This document shows positions 1 to 11,175 of a stretch of 36,410 bases of DNA, piece after piece (positions within the stretch are counted from its first letter, which is position 1; every line of letters starts with the position of its first letter). Under the pieces are notes generated by a model. That model was not told the DNA's origin and did no database searches. It saw only the letters and a list, made by a program, of their open reading frames with translations. This DNA comes from Catajapyx aquilonaris (taxonomy: Eukaryota): positions 1 through 36,410 of the forward strand of contig JYFJ02003920.1 of NCBI GenBank assembly GCA_000934665.2. Reading direction: 5' to 3'. Made by a program: the position numbers and the translations under genes.

Positions 1-379
1 CTTCATTCCTTGGTGGGATGTGAACTTGGGGAGTGCAACACTTCAGGTTTTACCTTCAAAATATGCAATCCCATTCCCAGAACTAAAGGCAACTTTAGCC
101 ATTTAAGACCCTATGCAGGGAAGGCGACAAAACAAGTTCAAGTGGGTGAAAAGATTTTGCACCAGCAAATCCAATAAGCAAAATGAGAGGACATTTCAAT
201 TCATTACAGACTTGATCAATTGCAAATATGATAATTGCTGGCCTCCTGCATGCACCACTGTGGCTCAATAGTGGCACCTTTCTATACTACAAGGGACATA
301 CGGTACTAAAATGCTCTGCAATTAATTTTTTGCCACAAATCCAGTGCCCAAACAGGTTGGCAGATAGTCACACATTATA

Positions 380-931
380 CATGGTGGTCGGTAAATGACG
401 CACAAGCTTCAGGTAGCGAGATTCCTTGTGAAAAACCAGTATATGGAAGTGAAGGTCATATTGCTCTACGATGCCTGGTTAGGGCTGACGAGGCCTCCAA
501 AGTTTGGGCCAAATCATGACGTCACATCCGCCCGCGAAATTCAAACATTACTGTATCGCTCCAGTATACGGTTTGTTGCCATGTTGACACCCCCCCACAT
601 GTTCACCAAACAATGAAACCGTATAAACCCGCAGGGAAGTCGCCAGGCACACGGCGACGACGGTATGGCAATGTCCCCGCCAGTTTATACGGTCCAATTG
701 TTTGGTGAACATGTGGAGGAGTGTCAACATGGCAACAAACCGTGTCCTGTAGCGATACGGTAATGTTTGAATTTCGCGTGCGGATGTGACGTCATGATTT
801 GGCCCAAACTTTGAAGGCCTCGTCAGCCCTAACCAGGCCTCGTAGAGCAGTAGCACCTACACTTCCATATACTGGTTTTTCACAAGGAATCTCGCTACCT
901 GAAGCTTGTGCGCCATTTACCGACCACCCTG
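380..931. mobile_element. Near-fully palindromic MITE (~550 bp) with CAGGGTGGTC-type termini
   Basis: 380-~645 is the reverse complement of ~666-931 (CATGGTGGTCGGTAAATG... vs ...CATTTACCGACCACCCTG). TA at 378-379, TG at 932-933. No credible coding capacity. Confidence 0.85.
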
Positions 932-1106
932 TGTAGAATCCTCGTGGAGCTGAATGCACTACCCCCACAGGTGTCAACCTCGGCCCTCCAGGAACCACTT
1001 TTTCGAGGTGCGATGGAACCACTACTGGACAACTTTATTTCTATTAACAACGTACGCAACTGTCAACAGTGTCCTCGAAATTGATTTTTTTCCATGGATC
1101 TGTGTT

Positions 1107-1181
1107 TGGGTGCTTCCATACCCGCTGCACTCACCTGGCTTGGCCCCCAGTGACTTTCACCTGTTCAGATCCATGAAAAAA
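1107..1181 (+). pseudogene. Mariner transposase C-terminal fragment
   Basis: Translates as WVLPYPLHSPGLAPSDFHLFRSMKK, matching the mariner HPPYSPDLAPSDFHLF motif. No intact transposase ORF around it. Confidence 0.8.
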
Positions 1182-1390
1182 ACTCTTTCGCTGATGCAAT
1201 TTCGAGGACATTGTTGTAAGCAGTTGTCCAGGAGGGAGTGTGTCGAACCTCCAAAAAATTGTTCCTGGAGTCGCTGTAAAGGTTGACCCCCCCCATCCTG
1301 TTCATTCAGCTCCATGAGGGTTCTCTCTGCAATGTGTGACTATCTGCCGACCTGTATTTGTGGCAAAAAATATTGTAAATCAGTTTAGTA

Positions 1391-3134
1391 CAGCCCTTGT
1401 ACATAGCCAGTGTTCGGTTTCACCCCCTTCCTCTCTGGCAAAGAGCTAAAAAGCCTCCACCTTAGCCTGATGTGCAGCAAGATAGTCCCACCTAGTCAAA
1501 TTGCCCCTGTCGGCCGGCCCTCTTCAGGCGTCCTGGAACGACCAGTGACTCTTGCATGGAACGTTCCATTTTCAAAAAAACCTCCCACCCTCTCTAGAGA
1601 CATGGGCTGGAGGGTTCCAATTGCAACCTTGATTCGAACAGGAAGTCGCTTCCCGTCGACCTTCGTCACCTTCGTCGCTTCCTGTTCGATAAAATATGGC
1701 AACCTTGACCGAATGACCCTGTCTTTTGACACCTGTTCCTCCAGGCCGGGTTCTTCTCCCACGCTCACCCTGGAAGGTTCCTCCTACCACCGTGGTCAGC
1801 TTGGCTTCCACCAGCACCCGGAGGACCCCCAGAAGACAGAGGAAACGGTCTCTTTCAGAAGAGACGCAGCCTCCGGAAATGGAGCGCCATGTGCTACTTT
1901 GTTTTGTTGTGTTGGTTGGACTCTCGCCAACTCTCGCCGCCAGGTGGCAGGACCAACTCCCGCGATCTACCGCGATCGCAATGCCCTCTGCCGGAGAAAG
2001 TGGGAACTTCCATTTGAAGGCCACTGTACACGTACAGTAGCAGCCAAAATAATGGGCTAACTTATATGATTTTTGGGGATAACTTTTTGCAGAGTACTCT
2101 GATTGAGCTAGGATTTAAATATGTTATGCACAATAGTCAGGTAAGCATTTCTGAGGGGCAGAAGACATGCAGCGAAATCCCCAAAAATATTATCAGTCGT
2201 CACCGTCTGCAGCAGATGCTATGAAACTTCCCTCCTGTCAATTCCTGCTCCACCGGATCCCCTGGGAAAAGTTCAACCCAAAAAACTAAAAAATGAGACC
2301 TTCTGTGTCGTCAAACGGACAGCTGAGAATGCACCCTTTCTGGTTCCATTTATTCAGTCCCTCACGGCAGGATTGAAATGTCCGTCGACTATCCAACTTG
2401 TGGCCGTGTTGCAGCTTCGTCTGAAAAAAACTTCCGCATCACTCCAAATTTTCAATAAAAATGACAGGAATTAATCCTACCATAAACTGCGGAAAACGAA
2501 GCCAATCTGACATCATCATTTTATTCTCTTGCCACAATAGGCATAAACAATGTTCTTTTTGTTGACACTGTTCACTAATATTGTTGTGTGAGGATGACCT
2601 CAGATCGTCATTTTGTTTTCCGCACAGGAGAATGGATCTAAAGGCAACGAAATAGGTGTAAAATAGCTTTACTTTCCAAGGCAGTCTTTGCAGTATAAAT
2701 AACCCTGTTATGAATAACAGGCTTAATGTGTATTCACGTTAAAAGTCGCCAAAGACACCTTGTGGGACTACTTGCCATGCTTCTGAGATCATTCTTTTAG
2801 TAGTGCCAGTGCTGGTATGGACCAACATATGGAATGTGCCGAAGAGCCAATCGTTTGCTAGCTAATTGCTGAGCACTGTTGAGTACAAAGTGATTAGCTT
2901 ATTCCTTAAATGAATCCCATTCGCGTTTCAACAAAACTGGTCTGGGATCGTGAACAACTGTTCTAATTTGTCTCCCACCACAATGAAATGCATAAAAGTA
3001 ACCAGGTGCAGGTCATCATGGTCGTACTGATTTTACAAATAATAACTGGAGTAACACAATGACGATGCCACTCCGCTTCAACTGACGACTCTGACTTATT
3101 CCACCAGGTACAGTGTTGGACATTAATTGTGTCG
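1391..3134 (-). pseudogene. Decayed coding sequence, possibly an EnSpm/CACTA-like transposase relic
   Basis: A minus-strand frame over ~3030-2580 reads QYDHDDLHLVTF...QGVFGDF*REYTLSLLFITGLFILQRLPWKVKLFYTYFVAFRSILLC with scattered stops, then YGRINS..F.EN..GVMRKFF across frameshifts. The order loosely resembles recalled CACTA motifs (DYMHxV; KATEFRxFLLYTG; GPL..SAFxFEN). Boundaries are uncertain. Confidence 0.35.
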
Positions 3135-3136
3135 TA

Positions 3137-3244
3137 CTGCTAGCGACATTTTCCAAAGCAACAGAAAAACGAATAAAAGCAATTGGGCAAAAGCCGTGTG
3201 AGCGAGACTAGTTTTCCTGTCGCTTCGGAAAATGTTGCTAGCAG
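3137..3244. mobile_element. 108-bp MITE with TA target duplication
   Basis: TIRs CTGCTAGCGACATTTTCC / GGAAAATGTTGCTAGCAG; TA at 3135-3136 and 3245-3246. Same terminus as the element at 16055. Confidence 0.8.
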
Positions 3245-3272
3245 TACGCCGCGATTAATGTCCAACGCTGTA

Positions 3273-3486
3273 CACTGTAAACTGCAAAAGATTAAAAGAG
3301 CATCCCTGGCGAGTCTCTCATGGAACATCAATTTTTTTAATGCTCTTGTGATGCTCCTGTGATGCTTTTTTGATACTAATAAAGAGCATCCCAAGCGCAT
3401 TGGCAAGGATTAGAAGAGCATTAAAAATTGATGTTCCATGACAGACTCACCAGTGATGCTCTTTTAATGTTTTGCGGTTTACAGTG
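3273..3486. mobile_element. 214-bp MITE with CACTG...CAGTG termini
   Basis: ~75-bp inverted arms (CACTGTAAACTGCAAAAGATTAAAAGAGCATC... vs ...GATGCTCTTTTAATGTTTTGCGGTTTACAGTG); TA at 3271-3272 and 3487-3488. Confidence 0.85.
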
Positions 3487-3685
3487 TAGGTAAATAACTC
3501 CATTTAAGACATCCCCACAACACTCATCACTTAATATCAACACACCGCTATAAAATGGTGGCCAACAAGAGGAAAAAATCTTCGAGTGTTTGAAGAATGT
3601 GAACTATGGGCTGGTCAAATCAGTCAAATCCTCCTTGCCATTGATTGGTACATTGCTGGTGGCATCAACTTCCATTGGATCCAGA

Positions 3686-6600
3686 TCATGGGTCCTCTTC
3701 AAGTGGCTCCCTGTCAGTCAAGGTCACTATCTTGCTAAACAAGTCCATGAAGTAGTGCTGCGTTCCAGTGCTCTCTGTGTCTGTCGCACAGGCTGCATCT
3801 ACGCAATACAAATGATCACACCCATACAGTTCTTTATAATATTGGGGAGGGAGTCATGACTTGAAAAGATACTGTCAGGCAGAAGTAACAGCAGAGAAAG
3901 ATTCAAATTATTACTGCATGCTTTAACAAAGCACTTGATGGGCTTATTGTTTTTAATGACTATTTCACCAAAAATGTGGCTTATTCACCTTTTGCCTCCT
4001 CAAATTTACCATGCAGGACCCTGTTCTGGGGCACTGAGATAGAGTCGCAGGTAATGTTCTCCACCGCAGAAATTTCGTTGAGGAGTGTCTTGACATCCTT
4101 CACTTTGATCTTGCCTGTGATGTGCTTCATGAGTCGCTTTGCCACCACATTCAATCCTATTCCAGCCCCCTGAAAAACCTTGAGATGGGCCTGAAGAGCC
4201 TTTGCTTTGGTGACCAGCTCATCCTGGCAGTCGAGCATAAGCTGGAGACACTCGGATAAATCATCACCCGCAGGTGGGAGCTGAGCCAACACAGACCTCA
4301 TGCACAGAATATGCGTCACTACTTTAGCAATGTGTATGGTCGGTAGCTGAACCACTGCTGAAGGCCCAGAGCTACCATCAGCTTCATCAGCAACAGCAGT
4401 CTCAGGTTCTTCCTGCAGAGGAGGAGTCACATCGTCCAACCGCTGGCATTCTGTATCGTCACTTTCCTTTTGTGACCCCAGGTCTACCATCAGACATGTG
4501 TTGTCACTGGCTATGCTGCTCACTGGTGAGGTACTGGCAATGCTGCTCACAGGGGAGGTACTGGGCAGGCTGGGCAACGGGGAGGACTTGGGCAGGCTGC
4601 GCACAGGAGAGGAGCTGGGAAGGGTTTCCATATCAGCAAGATCTGATAGTTCATACTGACCTGTAAATGAAGATGGCAATCTATCAGTTATGGCAAGTGG
4701 TGCAGGCCAATTTAAAAAAAGTACTAGCAGGAAGCCTGTCTCCAACGGCTGCCGGAAAAGTCTGAGATGGCTGCGACACAGCCTTTTCAGCCCACTGCAT
4801 CCTTTTTCAATGATCATTAAACGAGACCAATTTGATTACATGATGTTTGCTAGTCGCACTGAGATTTCCACAACACCTATTATGTTGATATTAGTATGTC
4901 TGAACAGTATGTATCTGCAGCCAGTAGGATCTGCCTCCAAAACTCTATGTGCAAAAGACAGTGAAACCGGCAGAATTGCTCAATTCCATGAATTTACTCT
5001 GTAATGAACAAATTTTAACCAATATCTGACAAAAAACCACATTGAAACTCATCTGTCTGTGCAGTGGTAAAACTTCTGTTATATCGAGGCTTTGTCGTAT
5101 GCTTGTTTACTGCACTTTAACATTATTTCAAATGGCAAAAAATTGCTTACCCATCACCAATCCTCCCTTTTTTCCACGACTCTGTTCTGAGATAGCTTTA
5201 TCTTCTTTCACTTGCTTTTCTTTCGCAGGCCTCGCTTCTGTCAGTGTTAAATGCATCTTGCCTGCAGTTGCTTTCATTCTGGACGCCTCTTTGCCCTTCT
5301 CTGATTGCTTGCGTTTTTCTTCCTCCTTTCTCTGCCTCTCCTCTAGTTGTTTCGCCTGCATCAGCTTCACTTCTTCCTCTTCTCTCTTCCAGCTCTCCTC
5401 TTCCTCACTTTTAATTTCTCGTTCTCCTATCTCTTCCTCCCTCTTCTTTTGCAATGCTTCCTCTTTCCTCATCTTCTCTAGTTTCTGCCTTCTCTCTTCT
5501 TCTCTCAGACTTGCCAACATTTTTCTTTGCTTCTCCTCCTCTTGCAGCCGTTGGGTTTCCTCCTCCTTCAGTCGTTTCTCTTTCTCCTCCTTCATCTGTC
5601 GCTCTTTTTCCTCCTTCAGCTGTCGCTCTTTTTCTTCCTTCAAACGTCTTTCTTTCTCCTCCTGCAGCCGTCGCTCAGTCTCTTCTTTCAGCTGTTGCTC
5701 TTTCTCTGCCTTCAGCTGTTTCTCTTTCTCTTCCTTCAGTCGTCGCTCTCTCTCTTCCTTCAAGCGTTGCTCTTTTTCTTCCTTCAAACGTCGTTCTTTC
5801 TCTTCCTTCAGTCGTCGCTCTTTTTCTTCCTTCAAGCGTTGCTCTTTTTCTTCCTTCAAACGTCGTTCTTTCTCTTCCTTCAGTCGTCGCTCTTTCTCTT
5901 CCTTCAGTCGTCGCTCCTTCTCTTCTTTCAGGTGTCGTTCTTTCTCCGCCTTCAGCTGTTGCTCTTTTTCTTCCTGCAGCTGTCGCTCTTTCTCCTCCTT
6001 CAGTCGCTGGGCCTCTGCTTCCTTCTGCCGCTGCTCTTCTTCCTTCTGCCGCATCTCTTCTTCTTTCAACCGCCGTTCCTCCTCTTCTTTCCTCAATCTC
6101 TCAGCCTTCTCTTTTCTTTCTGCATGAGCCGCCTCTTCTGCCTTCATGTCTGCATCATACTTTGCCTGGGCATCATCTTTGGCCTTCTGGTATGCATTCT
6201 CTATTTTCTTAACATTGGAATCAAAACGGGCCTGAACTGGAACACGATCCTCCTCATAACATGTCTTCTCAACTTCTAGTCTGTCTCGGAAGATTCCCCT
6301 GTATTCATTTTTATCTTCCTCTAACGTGACACTACTTAAGCTCTCATCCAAATCCTTCATTATGGCAGCCTCTGCTTTGGCGAATGTTGCCTTACACTTT
6401 TCTAAATCCGACTGCAATTTTTCTACTTCCAGAGAGCGTTTTTTATCCCTGTCCAATTCAGCCCTGGCCAGGGCATTATTGTAGGCCTCCTTGATAGCCT
6501 CCACAGCCAGGGCATGACTTGTTTCGATTCCTGCTGCAAGTGGTATCGACTCAGCAGCTTCAGCCACACCCGCACTGTTGTTGTCACATTCAGCAATAGT

Positions 6601-9270
6601 ACCTTCAATCAGATCATCCAAGACCATATCACTAGTGAAAGCATCTTGTCCTAGGGAAGTGACACAGTTATTGTCAGCATCAATCTCCATATCACCCTCT
6701 ACTTCTTCAACAATGTTATTATCAATGCTGTCATCATCAGCAACAAAATCATTTCCAAAATCATCCGGAAGGTTGCTCACATCAGGGGCCTCCTCCACAT
6801 AATCATTCTCTAAATCCTCTGTTCTGTCGCTTTCAACTGTGTCTGATATTTCCATGGCTTCCGATAACTTGGGATCAGTTTTCTCCATGTCCCCAACTGT
6901 CACGGTGCCCATTCCTTGTTCCACTCTACTCACGCTCTCCTGCTTCTTTTCTTTAGCCCCTGTTCTTCTTTCCATCTCTTCAAAAAATCTCCTGTCGGCT
7001 TGGACATCGATGTCTTTTGCTGTTGCGAGATGCTCGTTATATCTTGTCATGCGCTCCATGTAGATGTCACTGAACATCTGCTTGGGCTCCACGGTGAAGC
7101 ACGATGATATTGCATGTTTTTTTTTCACCCCATCACCACTTGGAGGTTTGTCATGCCCGTACTTCTTTATAAGCGCATCCATTACTTCCAGACCCTTTCC
7201 TGTCCTGTAAAGACAAAAGATACACATTTTATCAGATTCTTAACACTCATTGCAGGGCTAACATGACTCTGAGAGCATGTACCTCATATCACCTGTCACG
7301 GATGCAATTATTACAGCAATAACTGACCATGCTTACATCAGCAAAATAATTTCAGGAACAGATTCCAATTACATTCATTGCAAATGCTGTGAAAAACCTG
7401 TATTGGGACAAAACTAATGTTCCACAGTGGACATGTTTGCTTTTGCTACATTAATTAGCTGCTTAATATTAACCAGCTACTTAGGAATAGTTACTTCTGG
7501 TGGCCATAAATATATTAGCTGCTAATATTAAGCCTAAATAAATCACCTATCCAAGCTCGGAATTGACCCATTTCCAGTTGCGTGCCTCTCGCAGCCAAAT
7601 TGGCCTGCCATCAAAATGGCTGCGTTATATGTGCAGAGGCTATCCCTGCCCATGTTAAATGGCCTCTGCTTGCTCACGTCTGGGGGTCTGGCTCCAGGGC
7701 AGATCTTGTTGACATATTTTTTTTGGAGTGAGGAGGTTCCTGGCCTGCCCTCACCAGGTCCCAAAAGTTAATTGGCTGCCAGGCGGACTGCCCCCGGAGT
7801 GATTTCGTGAGTGCGAGTTTCTCATTACTATCCGGCTTCTCATTATCCGCGTCTTATGGTTTGGCCCGGGGGCAGATCTTGCTGGTAATTTTTTTTAAAG
7901 TTCCATTCATAAATTACACTGTCACATTTTAGACTCCCAGCATAGCATAACTGCTGGAAAAATATGCAGTATTCAGGGTGGTCCAACTTCAAGTGTCGTT
8001 TTATAACAGCTATTAATAGAAGCGCTTAACGATTGACGTAGCAGCGATGTGTAAAATGCCCACTTCGGCGCCATCGGAAATATTAGCTGTGTTTTGTTTG
8101 CAGGCTTCCCCCTTGCATTACAGGTCCATGGTCCATCTGGTGCCTTGGGCGTCACCCATTTCACCCAGGCGCATCTCAGGTCATGTGTGCACCTACTTTT
8201 TTCCAGGTCACCCCAGCAGCAGGGTTCATTACATGTGTGCTGCTATTGGCAGCTAATATTTCTATGGCGCCAAAGTGGGCCATTTTATACGTCGCTGCTG
8301 TGTCATCGCAAAATCACTGCTATTAATCGCCGCTATAAAATGACACTTGAAGTTGGTCCACCCTGTAGATACGTATCGCAAACATTTAGATTTGAGGAGA
8401 AATGACAGATTTTTTTTAAATAAATGAGCAAGTTACAAACTTACACACATATAGTCAAAAGTAAGGTCCATTTTCAAAAGGGTTCATGCTCAACAAGATC
8501 TCCCCCGGGGCCAAACCACAAATGCTGACAATAAGAAGGTGGATAATAGTGAGAAAAGCGTGGTCACCGCTCACAAAATAACTACGAGGGCAGTTCCCCT
8601 TGGCGCCGATTCACTTCAGGCACCTGGAAAGGGAAGGTCCGGCTCCTAGTCACTCCAAAAAAAATTACCAGCAAGATCTGCCCCGGGCCAAACCATAAGA
8701 CGTGGACAATGAGAGGCCGGATAGTAATGAGAAACTCGCACTGGGGGCAGTCTGCCTGGGGACCAATTAACTTTTAGAACCAGGTGAGGGCAGGCCAGGA
8801 ACCTCCTCACTCCAAAAAAAAAATGTCAACAAGATGTGCCTCGGGGCCAGACCCCCAGACGTGAGCAAGCAGCGGCCATTTAACATAGGCGGGGATAGGA
8901 AAGTCCCGGCTCTGCACATATAACGCAGTAATTTTGCTGGCAGGCCAAATTTGGCCGCGAGAGGTGCGCAACTGGAAATTGGTCAATTGCAATTAATTTA
9001 TGGTTGGGTCCAATTGGCATCAAACGTAAATTCTTCACTAAAATAAATATGAGCAATGGTTATTTCACACAATGTATATGCTCCGCAACCTGTAAATGCA
9101 ATAAGCTTCATGGACATGTACACTCACCCAACTACCTGATCCCTCTTGCTTGACCGTGCCGCAATCTCTGCCTGTGTCAGCTTATGAAGCTTCGGCTTCA
9201 ACTTGTCACATTCAGGAGCAGGGCGCTTGGGTGTCAATACCCTACAAAACGGGTTGTCCTTGGAACCCAT
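3686..9270 (-). CDS. Unidentified ~993-aa protein with an acidic region and a long ER/K-rich helical repeat
   Basis: Exons 9270-9128 (MGSKDNPFCR...), 7204-5151, 4660-3989 and 3798-3686, all GT-AG with matching phases (2,1,1); 2982 nt in total. Includes ORFs 5128..7227 and 3981..4817. The last exon is least certain (alternative stop at 3981). No family recognised. Confidence 0.7.
5545..6020 (-). repeat. Coding 24-nt tandem repeat (~19 copies) encoding EEKE(R/Q)RLK
   Basis: Plus-strand unit close to TTCCTTCAGTCGTCGCTCTTTCTC; the translation is repeated EEKERRLK. Confidence 0.95.
7559..8990. mobile_element. Foldback / non-autonomous DNA transposon with ~335-bp inverted arms, in intron 1 of the ER/K gene
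   Basis: 7559-7895 is reverse-complementary to ~8657-8990 (AATTGACCCATTTCCAGTTGCG... vs ...CGCAACTGGAAATTGGTCAATT). Internal ~160-180-bp subrepeats (AAGATCTGCCCCGGGCCAAACC at ~8495, ~8673, ~8831). TSD not identified. Confidence 0.8.
7974..8365. mobile_element. MITE with CAGGGTGG termini nested in the foldback element
   Basis: ~115-bp inverted arms CAGGGTGGTCCAACTTCAAGTGTC... vs ...GACACTTGAAGTTGGTCCACCCTG; TA at 8366-8367, left flank TT. Confidence 0.85.
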
Positions 9271-11116
9271 GATTTTCTTCTACCCTGGAAACCTGCAATT
9301 TGAGACATTTCATTCAGAACAAAAACACAGGCACCTCATTAGGCCATTATCACCAGAGCACTACGTCAAGCTTGTTTTTCCTCCCTTTGGGGTAATTCCC
9401 TTCCTGCCCTCCGCCTGCAGGCACTTCCCAGACTCTAGTCGTTTGTACTATCTTAACGTACTTACTCTGGGCAATCCACAGGAATCAGTGTAATGAAGCA
9501 AAAGCAACTGAAGCTCTGAAGCACGCTCTGAAGGCCATAAGATCTCACCCGGCGGTATCGACACCAGAGCATATTCGTATCGTCATCAGGCAACCGGATA
9601 TTTACCCCAATAAATTTATTTACAGTTCTAAGTTTGTAATTCCTCGATAAATATTTTAACGGTACAAATTATTTACAGCTTTTAATGAACAGATTAAATT
9701 ACATTTGCAATCTGGCAACTGTGCTCCATCCGGGCGGGAAATGCAAACTCACTGAATATTGTTCATATTTTCTGTCTTAGACAGAACTTCAGTAGGCTAC
9801 TGCGCTACACTGATGCTTCTGTGACATTTCCAGGACCAATCCATAAGTTCAAGACTGATCACAGAATGACCTTTACTGTGCCCTTATAATTTTTCCAAAC
9901 TCCTTACTGTCATGACATTTTCAGCGCGGTTTCTTCCCTGGAATCGATCAAAATTACTTAAAAAAAAAAACAAGTACAGGCCCTCACAAAAGTCAGCCAA
10001 GGATGTACTGTACAACCCTCCACTTGATACTTGATTCCACTTGATCTGGGATCTTGGACAAACCACTATATACGCTATACCGGGGTACTGTAGATGAAGT
10101 ATGTAAATAAAATTAATTAAAATTTTGTGGCTGTTTATTTTTCCGTTCTAATTACCATTTTTTTGTATTTTGGGTGTAGTCTACAAATTCAAGCCTTTTT
10201 TTTCATTTTCATAATGTCACTCTAAATACTTCCGTGAAAATATGTAGCACTTGACACACTCATAATACAAGTTAATCGGCCCAGTAACTCTCACATTTGT
10301 GTTACGACACAAAATGATGCAGCATGGTTCTAGATGAGTGGTTATCAAACATATGTGTCAATGACTGAACAAACCTTTGCATATGGTAACTTCGCCTGAG
10401 TTGTTTATGATATAGTTGGGGTAATTCAAGGTCATTGCTATGTATAAGTCCAGATAATATATAGCATTGCGGGATATGCTAATATTTATCTGCAACATTA
10501 CATCTGAGGAAACTTTACACCCAGCCATTTCATCATTCCTCATACGCCCATCACTTATCATTATTAGGAAGTAAATATTTACGACACTAAAAACGTAATT
10601 GCACATTCCATAGGCTAATTGAGCCATCTTTATGTAACCACACTATTGTTCTAGAATAGCGTCTAAGCAATACAATAAATATCTTATCACAATATTTGTC
10701 TCTCCGATGATTGTCAGATAGGAAATTCCAACCGATCAAAAGAGTTGACCCCCTCTCAGGTCACCTTGACCACAACTAAATTGCACCACTTAATATTTAA
10801 GAGGACAGACGACCACACTAATTGCATACCAAAAGCACGCAACCCTATTGTTGCTCACATTTCATGTCAATAGGGTGCGTACAGGGCCAAGTGGGTATCA
10901 GCTATTGCGACACAGTGCCCCCTGATAAGTCCGATTAGTCGCATCAGTGCAGTGTTGAGTATCCTTGTGTCCACGTGAGTAGGTTGGGCAGAGGAAGCTA
11001 TTCATTAGGACCGACCGAGGGAATAAAACCAGCAGCCACCCAGTGTTGCTCTTCACTTCAGGATCATCCTGAAGGTTGGATCCATCTGCATCGGAGGTGC
11101 TAGTGTAGTGCGACAC

Positions 11117-11124
11117 TATATAAA
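11117..11124 (+). promoter_or_regulatory. Candidate TATA box of the GGT gene
   Basis: TATATAAA 59 nt upstream of the ATG at 11176. Confidence 0.55.
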
Positions 11125-11175
11125 AAGTTGTTTACTTCTGCTCACAAGCAATATCCGATCAAGGCAGCTACAACA

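Larger units (their letters stand above)
306..1388 (+). mobile_element. Degenerate Tc1/mariner-derived DNA transposon with ~100-bp TIRs; left TIR interrupted by a MITE
   Basis: 306-377 (CTAAAATGCTCTGCAAT...GGCAGATAGTCACACATT) plus 934-957 (TAGAATCCTCGTGGAGCTGAATG) are reverse-complementary to ~1301-1388. TA flanks both ends (304-305, 1389-1390). Internal mariner transposase motif at 1107-1181. Confidence 0.75.

Noticed and set aside
395..856. Two similar ORFs on opposite strands (395..616 + and 548..856 -)
   Set aside because: They are the two arms of one palindromic MITE, not duplicated genes. The same applies to the ORF pairs at 7543/8807, 7973/8094 and 33602/36146.
1410..2060. 216-aa plus-strand ORF
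   Set aside because: GTG start, no recognisable motif, and it lies antisense to the decayed minus-strand coding relic.
5545..6020. Regular short repeats as a possible CRISPR array
   Set aside because: Contiguous 24-nt units without unique spacers, in frame within a eukaryotic exon, and no cas genes.
5042..6279. Three long plus-strand ORFs rich in Ser/Phe/Leu (361, 252 and 250 aa)
   Set aside because: Antisense shadows of the purine-rich ER/K repeat, whose pyrimidine-rich complement lacks stop codons.
9840..11116. Short minus-strand ORFs upstream of GGT (9884..10066, 10358..10627, 10898..11116)
   Set aside because: No recognisable motif and no consistent splice chain; cannot be supported.
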